This document shows, one piece after another, positions 16,779-27,588 of a DNA stretch of 64,000 nt (positions are counted from its first letter, which is position 1; every line of letters begins with the position of its first letter). The notes below the pieces were generated by a model that was not told where the DNA came from, did not search any database, and saw only the letters and a program-made list of their open reading frames with translations. Made by a program: the position numbers and the translations under genes. Where the stretch lies: contig CBFGKH010000009.1 in NCBI GenBank assembly GCA_965649295.1, positions 1-64,000 of the forward strand. Reading direction: 5' to 3'. Source of the DNA: a candidate division WOR-3 bacterium. Its GTDB lineage: Bacteria > Hydrothermota > Tepidihabitantia > Tepidihabitantales > Tepidihabitantaceae.

Positions 16779-17846
16779 ATGGCGAAGGTATTGATGAAGG
16801 GTAACGAGGCGATTGCTGAGTCAGCAATTCGGGCTGGCGGCAAGTGTTACTTCTGCTACCCATTGACACCACAGTCAGAAGTGGCCGAGTATCTGGCGAG
16901 ACGAATGCCCGAGGTTGGCGGCGCTTTTCTCCAGGCCGAAAGCGAAGTAGCGGTTATCAACATGGTCTATGGCGCGGCTGGGGCTGGGGCGCGTGCTTGG
17001 ACCACGTCTTCGAGCCCGGGGTTCAGCCTGATGATGGAGGGGCTTTCCTACATTGCAGCCGCAGAATTGCCGGCAGTCGTCGTCAATATCGTTCGCACCG
17101 GACCGGGACTAGGTGGCATTCTGCCCTCGCAAGGTGATTACTTGCAGGCAACCAAAGGCGGCGGGCATGGCGATTACAAGTGTCTGGTACTGGCCCCAGC
17201 GTCAGTCCAGGAAGCGGTTGATATAATGCCGCTTGCCTTTGACCGGGCGGACCGCTACCGTAACCCGGTGATTGTGCTTGGCGATGGAATGATCGGTCAG
17301 ATGATGGAGCCGGTTGAGTTCAAGGAGTTTGACTTTCCGCCACTGCCGCCTAAGAATTGGGCGACGACGGGTTGCAAGGGCAGGAAGCCGAATCTCGTCA
17401 ATTCACTATACCTCGACCCTAACGAAGAAGAGGAGGTCAACCGTCGTCTGGCTGCTAAGTATGAACTGATGGAACGGACCGAGGTCCGCTTTGAGGAATA
17501 TCATACTGACCGTTCCTATCGAGTACTGCTCGCGGCATTCGGTACCACCGCCAGAGTCTGTAAGACGGCAATCGAGCAACTGGCGCAGGAGGGCATAGCC
17601 GCTGCTCTTATCCGGCCGGTAACCTTGTTTCCGTTTCCGTTGCAGAGAACGTATGAGCTGTCTAGATCGGCCGAGTTTGTGCTCAGCGTCGAAATGAGCA
17701 TGGGGCAGATGATTGAAGACGTTCGGCTGGCGGTCGGTCGGGACAAGCCGGTCTATTTCTTTGGGCGCCAGGGAGGCAATGTGCCGTCGCCAGAAGAGGT
17801 GGCAGCGGCGGTAAAGTTCCATCTCGAAAAGGGAGGTGCTGCGTGA
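16779..17846 (+). CDS. vorB: 2-oxoacid:ferredoxin oxidoreductase alpha subunit (VorB-type, 3-methyl-2-oxobutanoate)
   Basis: GNEAIAE, YPLTPQSE, QAESE, TSSSPG.SLM.EG and GGGHGDY motifs. Confidence 0.88.
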   Translation: MAKVLMKGNEAIAESAIRAGGKCYFCYPLTPQSEVAEYLARRMPEVGGAFLQAESEVAVINMVYGAAGAGARAWTTSSSPGFSLMMEGLSYIAAAELPAVVVNIVRTGPGLGGILPSQGDYLQATKGGGHGDYKCLVLAPASVQEAVDIMPLAFDRADRYRNPVIVLGDGMIGQMMEPVEFKEFDFPPLPPKNWATTGCKGRKPNLVNSLYLDPNEEEEVNRRLAAKYELMERTEVRFEEYHTDRSYRVLLAAFGTTARVCKTAIEQLAQEGIAAALIRPVTLFPFPLQRTYELSRSAEFVLSVEMSMGQMIEDVRLAVGRDKPVYFFGRQGGNVPSPEEVAAAVKFHLEKGGAA

Positions 17847-18610
17847 AGGTTATCTTTCAGCGGCCTGAGTCGCTGGCAGCAACGCCGACGCACTACTGTC
17901 CGGGCTGCACGCATGGCGTCATTCACCGGCTGATTGCTGAAGTGATTGATGAACTGGGTTTGCGCGAACGAACTGTTGGCATCGCGCCAGTTGGTTGTTC
18001 GGTCCTAGCATTCAATTACTTCAATTTTGACTTCCAGCAGGCTGCCCACGGTCGCGCACCGGCGCTAGCAACTGGCATCAAACGGGCGCGGCCAGACCTA
18101 ATTGTCTTTACGTACCAGGGTGACGGTGACCTGGCCTCGATCGGCATGGCCGAGATAGTCCATGCTGCTAATCGCGGTGAGAAGTTTACTGTCGTCTTCG
18201 TCAATAATGCCATCTACGGAATGACCGGTGGTCAGATGGCCCCAACGACTATGCCCAATCAGGTGACTACTACGACGCCACGTGGTCGTGATGTGGCCGA
18301 CGTCGGCTACCCAGTCAGGATGGCCGAACTCTTGGCCAGTTTGCGGACCCCTGGTTTTGTCGAGCGAGTAGCAGTGCATACGCCGCAGCAGGTTGTTAGG
18401 GCACGCCGGGCGCTGAAGACTGCGTTTGAGCTGCAGCGTGATGCTAAGTGCTTCACTTTTGTCGAGGTACTGTCAACCTGCCCTACCAATTGGGGGCTGC
18501 CGCCTTTTGCGGCGACGCGTTGGCTTGACGAGCAGATGTTGCCATACTATCCGGTCCAGAACTTCAAGAAATGGGAGGAGCCAGCAGCGGAGGTGGTGAA
18601 TGCAGGTTGA
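17843..18610 (+). CDS. 2-oxoacid:ferredoxin oxidoreductase beta subunit (TPP-binding)
   Basis: YCPGC.HG, HGRAPA, GDGD...NNAIYGMTGGQ and CPTNW motifs. Confidence 0.92.
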   Translation: MKVIFQRPESLAATPTHYCPGCTHGVIHRLIAEVIDELGLRERTVGIAPVGCSVLAFNYFNFDFQQAAHGRAPALATGIKRARPDLIVFTYQGDGDLASIGMAEIVHAANRGEKFTVVFVNNAIYGMTGGQMAPTTMPNQVTTTTPRGRDVADVGYPVRMAELLASLRTPGFVERVAVHTPQQVVRARRALKTAFELQRDAKCFTFVEVLSTCPTNWGLPPFAATRWLDEQMLPYYPVQNFKKWEEPAAEVVNAG

Positions 18611-19148
18611 AACCGTTTTTGCTGGATTTGGTGGGCAAGGTGTGTTACTGGCCGGCAAGATTCTAGCCGAAACCGGAATGGAACTGGGCAAGGAGGTGGT
18701 CTGGCTGCCGTCTTATGGGCCGGAGATGCGTGGCGGAACTGCTAACTGCACGGTCATTATCGGTGACAAGCCGATTGCTTCGCCGATAGTCACCAACCCA
18801 CGAGACTTGGTGGTAATGAACCGCCCCTCGCTTGAGAAATTTGCTCCCAAACTGCGACCGGGCGGCATTGTGATTCTCAATACTTCACTGATTCCGATTC
18901 GTCCGCAACGAGACGATCTTGTGGTTGTTGAGGTGGCGGCAAATCAGATTGCGATCGAAGCTGGGACTGGCAGAGCAGCCAATATGGTGATGCTCGGTGC
19001 CTACGTTGGCGCTACCGATATTGTACCGCGAGAGGCCTTGCTCGAACGGGCGAAGCACGAATTTGCGAAGAAGCCCAAACTGGTGACTACGAACGTCAAG
19101 TGCCTAGAACAGGGCTATGCTTTAGGTTGTGCTGCACGGCAGTGCTAG
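18600..19148 (+). CDS. 2-oxoacid:ferredoxin oxidoreductase gamma subunit
   Basis: [16 protein letters not shown] and NMVMLGA motifs. Confidence 0.92.
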   Translation: MQVETVFAGFGGQGVLLAGKILAETGMELGKEVVWLPSYGPEMRGGTANCTVIIGDKPIASPIVTNPRDLVVMNRPSLEKFAPKLRPGGIVILNTSLIPIRPQRDDLVVVEVAANQIAIEAGTGRAANMVMLGAYVGATDIVPREALLERAKHEFAKKPKLVTTNVKCLEQGYALGCAARQC

Positions 19149-19218
19149 TCGGGCCTTGCTAGTGGTAGTGTCACTGAGCTCTGGCGGTGAGGCTGACTGA
19201 GTGCGGTCGCAATTGCAC

Positions 19219-19254
19219 ACCACAGGAGCGGGTAGCAACACCCGCTCCTGTGGT
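19219..19254. terminator. Perfect 15-bp hairpin between convergent genes (probable bidirectional terminator)
   Basis: ACCACAGGAGCGGGT-AGCAAC-ACCCGCTCCTGTGGT. Confidence 0.75.
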
Positions 19255-19271
19255 TATCTCTCTGTGTCAGA

Positions 19272-22200
19272 CTAGTTGGTCAGAACAGTCTTGACATTAG
19301 TTGTAATGCCATCGGCGGTTAGCCGGACAAAATAGATACCGCGGCCCAAGCGCCGACCGTTGTCATCAGTGCCGTCCCAGGTTGTGATAAAGTTGCCCGC
19401 CGGTCGTTGGCCTGACTCCAGGGTGCGGACCACTCGACCGACTGCGTCCAGGACAACCAGGGCAACCTGACCATCAGCCGCTAGCTGCCAGTCTATTTTT
19501 GTAGTTCGGACGAAGGGGCTGGGATTGACTTCCAATCTCTGGGCTTTGGGGTAGGTGCTGCTGTTGGGCTGCTCGACACCGGTTAGTACCATATCGGTCG
19601 TGAACTTGATCGCCCGGCCGTTCGTAATCGGTGCGCTGCCGCGATGGTAGGAGCCATCGAAGAGATTCTGGATGAATACAGTTCGAGTTGGGTCCTGTTC
19701 ACCGACCGTGCATGAGCTCGGGTCGGTGATAATTTGGTACTGCATCACTGCTTTACAGTTGCCGTCTTGGGCAGCCAAGGTCGTGTCGTACAAGATTAGT
19801 TGGAACTTCTGGTAGTTTGACTGGGCGCGGTAGAACGGTACTGAATCGTATTCAACAATGAAACGATGGTTGGCTGCATCATGATACCACCAGACCCCTC
19901 CGCCATAGGGTGGATACATATCGTCCCAATGGACGAAAAAGGCTGGCGGCAGTGACGTGTTGGGCAGCGACGTGTTTGTGTAGGTCGAAACCGTGGTAGC
20001 TCCCAGGCCAACCCAGCCGTTGCTGCAGATGGAGAGAACTGTGTAGTTCTGGCCGTAGAATCGGAATGGTCCGAATCCTGGCGGAAGGTTGACCTGCACG
20101 GTTTGGTCATCAGATAGCGTCAGTTGCGTGCCAACGCCGGCAATCTCAACCCAGGCAAAATCAGGGTGTTCAGCGTAGAGTGTGTCGACGTTGTCGTAGG
20201 ACCAGTAGAGCGCGGGCTGGCGAGGGCCGTCGGGAATCGGGTCAATGGTACGGATCTCACCGATGACAATTGTGAAGACAGCCTGACCGACGCGGTCAGC
20301 GCCGAGATAGATGTCCAGGGTACAGTGAATCGGTGTTTCCATCGGTATCGTCGCGCTGGCATAGACAACAAAGTGGTCGGTATCATTGGTGCCGGTGCTA
20401 CCACTGGCAATGTTGGGAAATGTCGCCGCCGAATCAACAGCAACGAGCCGGGTGTCACCGGGTTTTAGTATTGCCCGAATGTCATAGGCAGTGCCGATGC
20501 CGGAGTTGCGCAGCGTCACAACCAGGTCGGCAGTCTCGCCTGGATCAAGTCGGCCATTGGGCGTACTAGCTGCCGAGTCTAGCACTCTCTTGTCGACGAA
20601 AGAGAGCACGGGTGCGCCAACTCGCAAGGTGACGAAGGAGACCCAGGTTGAGTCAGTGGCATCGCGGCAGACGAGCGAACAAGGAATGGGGTAGCCATTG
20701 GGGAGGCCGGTAGCGACGCTGAGCTCAAATCCTTCTTCGTTCAACGCGCTGTCTGAGCCAGCGATGTCGCCGAAGCTCTTGACCGAGTCGTTGATGGTGA
20801 CTCCAGCCGTGTGGGTGATCAGTCGGGCGGTAACACCCGGTGCGACCTGAGTGCCATAGTTCTTGAGCCAGACCGGCAGTCGGAATGTTTCGCCCGGATT
20901 GATGATTCCGTCGCTGTTGCCACCAGGGGCCGTATCAACCACAGTATGGCGCAGGTAGGAGACATACTTACCCGAGGCCATCACGACGATGGAATCAAGA
21001 TAGGGAAGATTATTAGCGCCAGTGACTGTGAGCTGGAGCATTCCAGGTGTAAGCGGTGAGACAAACAGGGTAATCGTGCCGGCCTCGTCGGTGAAACCGC
21101 GGGCAAACGCGCCATCATCCTTAATGAGGCAGACCAGCGCCGATTCAACTGGCACCTCGTTGTTGTCGGTGACGGTAATCGTCACCGGGACGTTGCCGCC
21201 GATGTTGATTGCTGCCGGTTTGGTAACCGATGCGGCAAAAGCGCGGCCCGTCCAGATGGGAACAGCCGGCTCGCCGAAGAGAATTTTCTCGTAGGCCTCC
21301 CAGCGAAACTTAGATGTGTCAGTTGTGACAGCAACCAGAGCGTGCCAGTAGTCGCGGCCGTAGGAGAGCGCTTCTCCTTGCGTGATGCGACGGGGGGTGC
21401 GAAAACCAAGCAGGCCGTAGCAGATAGAGTAGTTGAAGAATTCAGCCACGCGCACCCACCCGTAGCGTGAGTTCATGATTACGCCGATGAAACCATTGGG
21501 CGCATGGAATGCCATATTCTCGGCAATGCAGTCGCCATTGGTGTTGCCAGGTGTATCCCAAGCCCCGGTATGGCAGCACACCGCTGTTACCATACTTAGC
21601 CGGTTCGCGTTAGTTAGTCCAATCATGTGTGAGCTCGTGACCGACGTGCCCATTCCAAATTCGTCAACCGAACCATGAGCGATTATCACATTCAGCGGAT
21701 AGCCAGAGTTAAGGGAATCGCAATAGCGCTGTACGGATGGTGTGACCATGCCGCCGGTGTAGTACATCTTGAGGTCAAACCAGGGTGGGCTGGGCGTGGC
21801 GTCGGCAACCGAATCATTGAACTCGTTGGAGAAGTTAACATCGTTACAAAGGAGGCTCTTTTGAAACCACCCAGCGTCCGGGGTGAATTCGTAGCGGAAC
21901 AGTTTGGCCAGATACTTGCTCAGTTCTGAGAAACCGTCAAGGGTAATCATCCCGACGTGCATGTCGGACCAGCAGTCCACCGAGTCGGCCGGTTCGCCCC
22001 AGATACCGTCGCCGTCCGCATTCCAGGTGCCGTCCAGGCAGGAGAAATACATGTCACAGGGCAGATAGTCAACGCCCTGGCCAGAGACATTGACGTAGGC
22101 ATTGCGGTACTGTCGTGCTGGATGGTCCTTGCGGGCGATGAAGGTGAAGATGGTCCCCCAAGTGGTGTCGGCGTCTTTGAGGAAGTTGCGCATCCGCTCC

Positions 22201-23015
22201 GCGGTGTCCACACCAGGATAGGTGGCTGCAATCGACTCGATGAGGACGATCGTCGAACGCCAGCCCTGGCGGGTGCGCCAGTCGCGCAGTTTGATGAGCG
22301 AATCCCGATACTGGCTGGTTGTCATTATGACGTGCTCGTAGTTGCCGGCCGGTAGCAGGGCCGAACCAAAAGTGTTGATACGGCGAGGAGGGGCAAAGCG
22401 GGCAACATCTTCCGGGTTCAGTACGAGACGACGCAGCTCATCGCCGTGCAGCGCGATCTGGAGTTCGGTGCGAGGAGCGGCATGGCCGGCGCCAGTCGCA
22501 TAGCGGATTCTAACGGTTACTCGTGTTAGAACTGTGAGCGAGCGGGCGACCGGGTTGTAGCGGACGGGATAGACACGGAAGCTGGCAAGACGATAGCCAC
22601 ATTTTGTTCCTTCAGCAGTGAACTCGACCGGTTGCGCTGGGAATGGCGCGTCAACCTGGTAGTATTCTGGCCGAGGCAGAACGAAAGGACGAAGAGGATA
22701 GTTGTCAGTATAGGCGGTTGGATACTGAACGGGTAGCACCAGGTAGCTCCCGGCAACCAGCTCTTCGCTGAAGTCAACTATCTCGAAGCCAGTGACGCGG
22801 GATGATGCTGGAACTACGACTTGAAAAGGTGCGACCGGCAGGTCTGGTGCACCGAGCAGCTCGACATGCGGCAGACCGCGAAATTCAACGGTAGTGTAGC
22901 CATCGCGGCTGCCGATCTTAAGGTCAGCGGGGGAGAAAGATATCGTCTTGGTGACGTCGGCGGCGCCGGCGAGTGTTATCACTGCCAGGACAGCAATGAT
23001 GTTGCTCTGCTTCAT
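19272..23015 (-). CDS. Secreted gingipain-like C25 cysteine peptidase with propeptide, Ig-like repeats and FlgD/T9SS-like C-terminal domain
   Basis: Signal peptide, C25 propeptide (G.PDLP, PVRYNP), catalytic AHG and AVCC, two DG.L/INPGE repeats and C-terminal PSPF...WDGTDDNG...GIYF; ATG 23015 after AAGGAGG. Confidence 0.88.
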   Translation of the reverse strand: MKQSNIIAVLAVITLAGAADVTKTISFSPADLKIGSRDGYTTVEFRGLPHVELLGAPDLPVAPFQVVVPASSRVTGFEIVDFSEELVAGSYLVLPVQYPTAYTDNYPLRPFVLPRPEYYQVDAPFPAQPVEFTAEGTKCGYRLASFRVYPVRYNPVARSLTVLTRVTVRIRYATGAGHAAPRTELQIALHGDELRRLVLNPEDVARFAPPRRINTFGSALLPAGNYEHVIMTTSQYRDSLIKLRDWRTRQGWRSTIVLIESIAATYPGVDTAERMRNFLKDADTTWGTIFTFIARKDHPARQYRNAYVNVSGQGVDYLPCDMYFSCLDGTWNADGDGIWGEPADSVDCWSDMHVGMITLDGFSELSKYLAKLFRYEFTPDAGWFQKSLLCNDVNFSNEFNDSVADATPSPPWFDLKMYYTGGMVTPSVQRYCDSLNSGYPLNVIIAHGSVDEFGMGTSVTSSHMIGLTNANRLSMVTAVCCHTGAWDTPGNTNGDCIAENMAFHAPNGFIGVIMNSRYGWVRVAEFFNYSICYGLLGFRTPRRITQGEALSYGRDYWHALVAVTTDTSKFRWEAYEKILFGEPAVPIWTGRAFAASVTKPAAINIGGNVPVTITVTDNNEVPVESALVCLIKDDGAFARGFTDEAGTITLFVSPLTPGMLQLTVTGANNLPYLDSIVVMASGKYVSYLRHTVVDTAPGGNSDGIINPGETFRLPVWLKNYGTQVAPGVTARLITHTAGVTINDSVKSFGDIAGSDSALNEEGFELSVATGLPNGYPIPCSLVCRDATDSTWVSFVTLRVGAPVLSFVDKRVLDSAASTPNGRLDPGETADLVVTLRNSGIGTAYDIRAILKPGDTRLVAVDSAATFPNIASGSTGTNDTDHFVVYASATIPMETPIHCTLDIYLGADRVGQAVFTIVIGEIRTIDPIPDGPRQPALYWSYDNVDTLYAEHPDFAWVEIAGVGTQLTLSDDQTVQVNLPPGFGPFRFYGQNYTVLSICSNGWVGLGATTVSTYTNTSLPNTSLPPAFFVHWDDMYPPYGGGVWWYHDAANHRFIVEYDSVPFYRAQSNYQKFQLILYDTTLAAQDGNCKAVMQYQIITDPSSCTVGEQDPTRTVFIQNLFDGSYHRGSAPITNGRAIKFTTDMVLTGVEQPNSSTYPKAQRLEVNPSPFVRTTKIDWQLAADGQVALVVLDAVGRVVRTLESGQRPAGNFITTWDGTDDNGRRLGRGIYFVRLTADGITTNVKTVLTN

Positions 23016-23329
23016 AATGTGCCTCCTTAGGGGCATCGGTCAGTCTCAAGGACAACGCCCTCATTCTGAGGGAAAGCTCTGCGAACTGCGGGTAGATAGT
23101 TAAGTATCAGTGAACTTAGGGTTAGAGTCAACTTCAGTAGTACTCTTTGGTTCAGATTTGTTCAAATCGGCTATCGGCTGGTGTTGAGATTGACTTGGTG
23201 TTGTGGCAATGTAGAATAGGTCATACAACAGGGGAAGGAATGAACCCAAGCAGTATCAGGACAGCGAGTTTCAAGAAGGGCTTCGGATTCCGACGCGCGG
23301 CAAAAAGAGGCATTAGTCGTTGTGGAGAC

Positions 23330-24703
23330 GTGAGACTAGTTATTGTTCTCTTGATATGTGTAAGCCGGGCTTGGTCGCTATGGAGTCCCGATATTCAACT
23401 TACCACTAGTGGCATGGCTAGCACTTGCTTCGCGAACTCGCCAAGCATTGCGGTCTCAGGCGAGCGAATCCATGTCGTCTGGTCTGACCTGCGTGATGGT
23501 CATGCTGAGGTTTACTACAAGCGATCGCACGACCGCGGAGCCAGTTGGACTGCTGATGCTAGATTGACTTTCACGACCGGTGACGCATGGAATCCCACCG
23601 TTGTTGCTTCTGGTCCATTCGTTCACGTTGTTTGGAGCGATACGCGGACAGGGAATCTCGACATCTTCTACCGACGCTCCACTGATGGCGGTCAGACCTG
23701 GAGGCCGGCTGTCCAGATTTCCGATGATTCTCCCTGGTCGTGGTATCCAGCAATTGCCTGTGACGATTCGTGCGTGTATGTCGTGGCTTTGAGTGGTGGT
23801 CTTTTTTTTCGCAGGTCTACAGACAACGGTTCGACATGGCTACCGGCGGCGATATTGACTGACTTGGTCTACAATACTCCGGGGCCAGCGGTGACGGCTA
23901 CTGAACTTGGCGCGGCGGTGGTCTGGGTGAACAGCCACGACGGTAATCAGGAGATCTACTTCAAGCAGACAACCGATTATGGTCTCAGTTGGGGGCCGGA
24001 CACGCGTCTTTCCAATAACCCCGGTGCCTCGATCGAACCGGCAGTGGCGGCAGCCGGGGAACAGCTTCACGTTGTTTGGAGCGATAGCCGCTTTGGCGAC
24101 GGAACAGAACTAGTGTACCGACAGTCTCAGGATGGTGGACTGAACTGGTCATCGGAGACTAGACTGACCATCGCTCAGGGGTGGTCGTCTAGGCCTGCGC
24201 TGGCTGCCCGGGGCATGGATGTTCATCTTCTCTGGCAGGATTCCCGTACTGGCGATTTTGAGATTGCCTACCGACGTTCTACCAACGGCGGGCAGACCTG
24301 GACAAGGGACTTGTTACTAACGAACGACACCGCCCAGTCATATTTCGCCACCATGGTATTGTCCGATACCGAGTTGTTTCTGGTTTGGACTGATGAGCGA
24401 ACTGGCGGGTCCGATGTCTTTTTCAAGAACAACCTGAGCAGCAGTCCTCCTGCTTCGGCTGAGCCATCTCCTCGTGATGGGGCAGTATCCCCGGTTTCGC
24501 TGGCTGTCTATCCTAACCCTTTCCGTGGCACGGCAAGAGCCGTTGCGGCTGGGACGGAGTTGTTGGAGATAAGGGATGTGACTGGCCGGCTCGTAGCACG
24601 GCAACCTGCCCATTGCATTGGCTATGGTTTGCGGGCCGGCACCTACTTTGTCAGTCGGAACGGTGGCAACGGAAAGCCGACCATTGTAGTCAAGCTCGAC
24701 TAG
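23330..24703 (+). CDS. Secreted BNR/Asp-box (sialidase-like propeller) repeat protein with C-terminal sorting-like domain
   Basis: Six S/T.D.G..W Asp-boxes, repeated HVVWSD.R.G..EIYY.RS and C-terminal VYPNPF...GTYFV; GTG 23330 gives a signal peptide (the ORF track starts at 23147). Confidence 0.8.
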   Translation: MRLVIVLLICVSRAWSLWSPDIQLTTSGMASTCFANSPSIAVSGERIHVVWSDLRDGHAEVYYKRSHDRGASWTADARLTFTTGDAWNPTVVASGPFVHVVWSDTRTGNLDIFYRRSTDGGQTWRPAVQISDDSPWSWYPAIACDDSCVYVVALSGGLFFRRSTDNGSTWLPAAILTDLVYNTPGPAVTATELGAAVVWVNSHDGNQEIYFKQTTDYGLSWGPDTRLSNNPGASIEPAVAAAGEQLHVVWSDSRFGDGTELVYRQSQDGGLNWSSETRLTIAQGWSSRPALAARGMDVHLLWQDSRTGDFEIAYRRSTNGGQTWTRDLLLTNDTAQSYFATMVLSDTELFLVWTDERTGGSDVFFKNNLSSSPPASAEPSPRDGAVSPVSLAVYPNPFRGTARAVAAGTELLEIRDVTGRLVARQPAHCIGYGLRAGTYFVSRNGGNGKPTIVVKLD

Positions 24704-24876
24704 TCACCCTGGCAGGGAATAAGGTTCACTTGCATCTGGGTAGTTCACGTTCGCAGGTAGTGCGCTGATAGGCTTGCATTCTTGAAACGCGCGTTCAAAG
24801 AACCTTGATCTGGGTCTCGTTACGCAATCTCCCCCTCTTCGATTGACTTCTGGCGCCGCTCTGGCATCATTTGGGC

Positions 24877-26256
24877 GTGAAACGTACCAAATCAAACCTC
24901 AGCGAACGTGAAATGAAGTTTGTTGACCTCAAGTACTCGGATTTGAACGGGCGGTTGCGACACGTTACTTTTCCTATCGAGCGTCTCGAGCAAGCTGTAG
25001 CTGACGGCATTGGTTTTGATAGCTCATCGGTCGCGGGGTTTGGTAGCGTTGACGCGGGAGACATGGTGCTTCGACCCGACCTCGATACTGCCTTTGTAGA
25101 TCCGTTCGCGACCGAACCAACAGTCTCTTTTTTCTCGTGCGTTTATGTCCCGCATACTAACCAGCGCTATGGTCGCGACCCGAGGTACATACTCGAGAAG
25201 GCGGTGCGTGTCCTTCTGCGAGAAACTGGTGCCGATGGTCTGATGGTCCGTCCGGAGTTTGAATTCTACCTTTTCAACAAGGCTGAGTTTTGGACCGATC
25301 AGTCCTCGGCGGTTTACCGGATTCAGACCGATGAACTTCGGCATGACGATCCTACCGGTCTTGCATTGTTCAAGGGGCCTGCTTATCACGTTGCGCCTCC
25401 TTTCGACCGCAGTTCTGATTTTCGAACAGAGCTTTCGCTGCTTATGGCAGCCTGCGGAGTTCCAGTGAAGTATCACCACCACGAAGGTGGTCGTTATTCT
25501 CAAGTCGAGGTCGAACCGATCTACTTGGCAGCAGCAAGAGCGGCGGATGGCGTCATGCTAACCAAGTATCTCGCTAGGAACCTTGCCTACCGCCACGATA
25601 AGAGCGTAACATTCATGCCCAAGCCGATTTTTGGTGAAGCGGGGTCCGGCATGCATTTGCACATGATGCTTGTCCGTCGCGGGAAATCGCTTTTTGGCGA
25701 TCGTCGCGCCCAGAGCAAACTATCCGGGTTGGCGCTGCAGTTTATCGCTGGCATATTAGAGCACGCACCGAGTCTCTGTGCCTTTACTAACCCGAGTACA
25801 AACTCGTATCGGCGGTTGGTCCCTGGTTACGAGGCACCGGTGCTTGTCTTTTTCTCATTTGCTAATCGAACCGCGGCCATCAGGATTCCAACCTATATTC
25901 AGCGTCCTTCAGATATGGCAATGGAGTACCGAATTCCGGACGCCAGTGCTAATCCATACTTTGCCATCGCTGCCACAGTGATGGCGGGACTCGATGGGAT
26001 AAGACGAAAGCTCGACCCGGGCGTGCCGCTCGTTGGCCGGCGCGAATCGAATGAAGACGCTTTTGGCACCAAGCACGTTCCCTTCTCACTGAAACGTGCG
26101 CTCGATGAGTTGTTGGCCGATCAGGACTATCTGAAGCACGCCGATGTCTTCTCGCAGGACTTGATTGACAAGTGGCTTGAGTTGAAGATGAGTGAGGTAG
26201 ATGACGTAGCCCGTCGTCCTCATCCCTGGGAGTTCAACCTCTACTATGGATGTTGA
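24877..26256 (+). CDS. glnA: Glutamine synthetase type I (or GS-like gamma-glutamyl ligase)
   Basis: EFEFYLF, HHHE, TFMPKP, GSGMHLH, NSYRRLVPGYEAP, NRTAAIRIP and EYR.PD..ANPY motifs; promoter TTGACT-N16-CATCAT-N6-GTG. Confidence 0.88.
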   Translation: MKRTKSNLSEREMKFVDLKYSDLNGRLRHVTFPIERLEQAVADGIGFDSSSVAGFGSVDAGDMVLRPDLDTAFVDPFATEPTVSFFSCVYVPHTNQRYGRDPRYILEKAVRVLLRETGADGLMVRPEFEFYLFNKAEFWTDQSSAVYRIQTDELRHDDPTGLALFKGPAYHVAPPFDRSSDFRTELSLLMAACGVPVKYHHHEGGRYSQVEVEPIYLAAARAADGVMLTKYLARNLAYRHDKSVTFMPKPIFGEAGSGMHLHMMLVRRGKSLFGDRRAQSKLSGLALQFIAGILEHAPSLCAFTNPSTNSYRRLVPGYEAPVLVFFSFANRTAAIRIPTYIQRPSDMAMEYRIPDASANPYFAIAATVMAGLDGIRRKLDPGVPLVGRRESNEDAFGTKHVPFSLKRALDELLADQDYLKHADVFSQDLIDKWLELKMSEVDDVARRPHPWEFNLYYGC

Positions 26257-27163
26257 TGGTGCTGTTGTGAGTTTCGCCGACTTGCTGCGGCGCGCACGAA
26301 GCCATGGGGTACGACGTTGCGTGGTCGCTTGTGCCGAGGATTGCGCAACCATCGAGGCCCTCTACGGTGCCCGCCGGGAACAAATCGCTGCCGGCGTGCT
26401 CTACGGAGATGAACAACGCATAAAGATGATTTGCAGCAGCCTTAAGGTGCCCGCCAGTGATTTCGAAATCGTTGGGACCGGTTCAAACGAGGAATCGATA
26501 CGGTTCGCGGTGAGCGATGTTTCGAAGAATGGTGATTTTCTCATGAAGGGACAGATTGATACCGCGACCTTCTTACGCGGTGTACTTACCGAGGAGCTTG
26601 GGCTTCGCGGTGATAGAGTGCTGTCGCACGTCGCTTTGCTTGAGCTTGCAACCTACCATAAGCTACTCCTTGTTACAGATGGTGGTATCAACGCTGAGTT
26701 GGACCTTCGCCGCAAGATTGATATCGTTCGTAATGCGGTTGTGCTGGCTCGTCTGCTGGGTATAGCCAGGCCCAAGGTGGCTTTGCTTTCGGCCGTGGAG
26801 AGAATCAGTCTGAGTATCGCCGAAACCCTAGATTGGGCGATCATTACCCGCATGGGTGATCAAGGAGAGTTTGGCGACGCTGTCATCGAAGGGCCGCTTG
26901 CGTTGGATGTTGCTTTCTCGCGTGAATCGGCTCGGATCAAACGAGTCGCCAGCGACGTTTCTGGCGATGTCGATATTCTGGTGGTCCCTAGTCTGGCGAC
27001 GGGTAACATTCTGGCTAAAGGTCTCCAGTATCTGGGTGGCGCAAAGGTTGCTGGCATAGTTGTTGGCGCGAAGAAGCCGATAGTGATGCTTTCTCGGGCT
27101 GACACATCTGAAACTAAGCTTTTTTCGATAGCCCTCGGGAATGTTGCGTCCCATGTTAGCTAG
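26246..27163 (+). CDS. ptb: Phosphate butyryltransferase / phosphate acyltransferase
   Basis: LMKG.I.T, LSHV, TDGG.N, PKVA.LSA.E, GPLALD.A, GNIL.K and SRAD motifs. Confidence 0.9.
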   Translation: MDVDGAVVSFADLLRRARSHGVRRCVVACAEDCATIEALYGARREQIAAGVLYGDEQRIKMICSSLKVPASDFEIVGTGSNEESIRFAVSDVSKNGDFLMKGQIDTATFLRGVLTEELGLRGDRVLSHVALLELATYHKLLLVTDGGINAELDLRRKIDIVRNAVVLARLLGIARPKVALLSAVERISLSIAETLDWAIITRMGDQGEFGDAVIEGPLALDVAFSRESARIKRVASDVSGDVDILVVPSLATGNILAKGLQYLGGAKVAGIVVGAKKPIVMLSRADTSETKLFSIALGNVASHVS

Positions 27164-27188
27164 AAGCACAAGCAGAGGGAGTAATCAC

Positions 27189-27566
27189 ATGATTGTGGCA
27201 ATCAAGACAACTGCGGCACCGGCTCCTATCGGACCTTACAATCAGGCGGTCCGGGTTGGCAATCTCCTTTTCACATCCGGTCAGATTGCGATTGACCCAG
27301 CCACTGGTGATTTAGTTAGCTCGGATATCAGGCGTGAAACCGAGCAGGTCTTTGTCAATCTGGCTGCCATCCTTTCAGCCGGTGGCACATGCCTTGATCG
27401 TGTGATCAAGGTTACTGTGTTCCTTACGGACCTTAGTAACTTCGCCGCTGTCAATGAGGTGTATGGGCGTAACTTTCGTGAACCTTTTCCAGCGCGTTCG
27501 ACGGTCCAGGTAGCAGCCTTGCCGAAAGGTGCGAGAGTTGAGATTGAGGTGGTGGCTGAGTGTTAG
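27189..27566 (+). CDS. ridA: RidA family enamine/imine deaminase
   Basis: APAPIGPY.QA, SGQI..DP and PARS.VQVAALPKGA.VEIE motifs. Confidence 0.93.
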   Translation: MIVAIKTTAAPAPIGPYNQAVRVGNLLFTSGQIAIDPATGDLVSSDIRRETEQVFVNLAAILSAGGTCLDRVIKVTVFLTDLSNFAAVNEVYGRNFREPFPARSTVQVAALPKGARVEIEVVAEC

Positions 27567-27588
27567 CCACTTACTTTGACTGCAATCT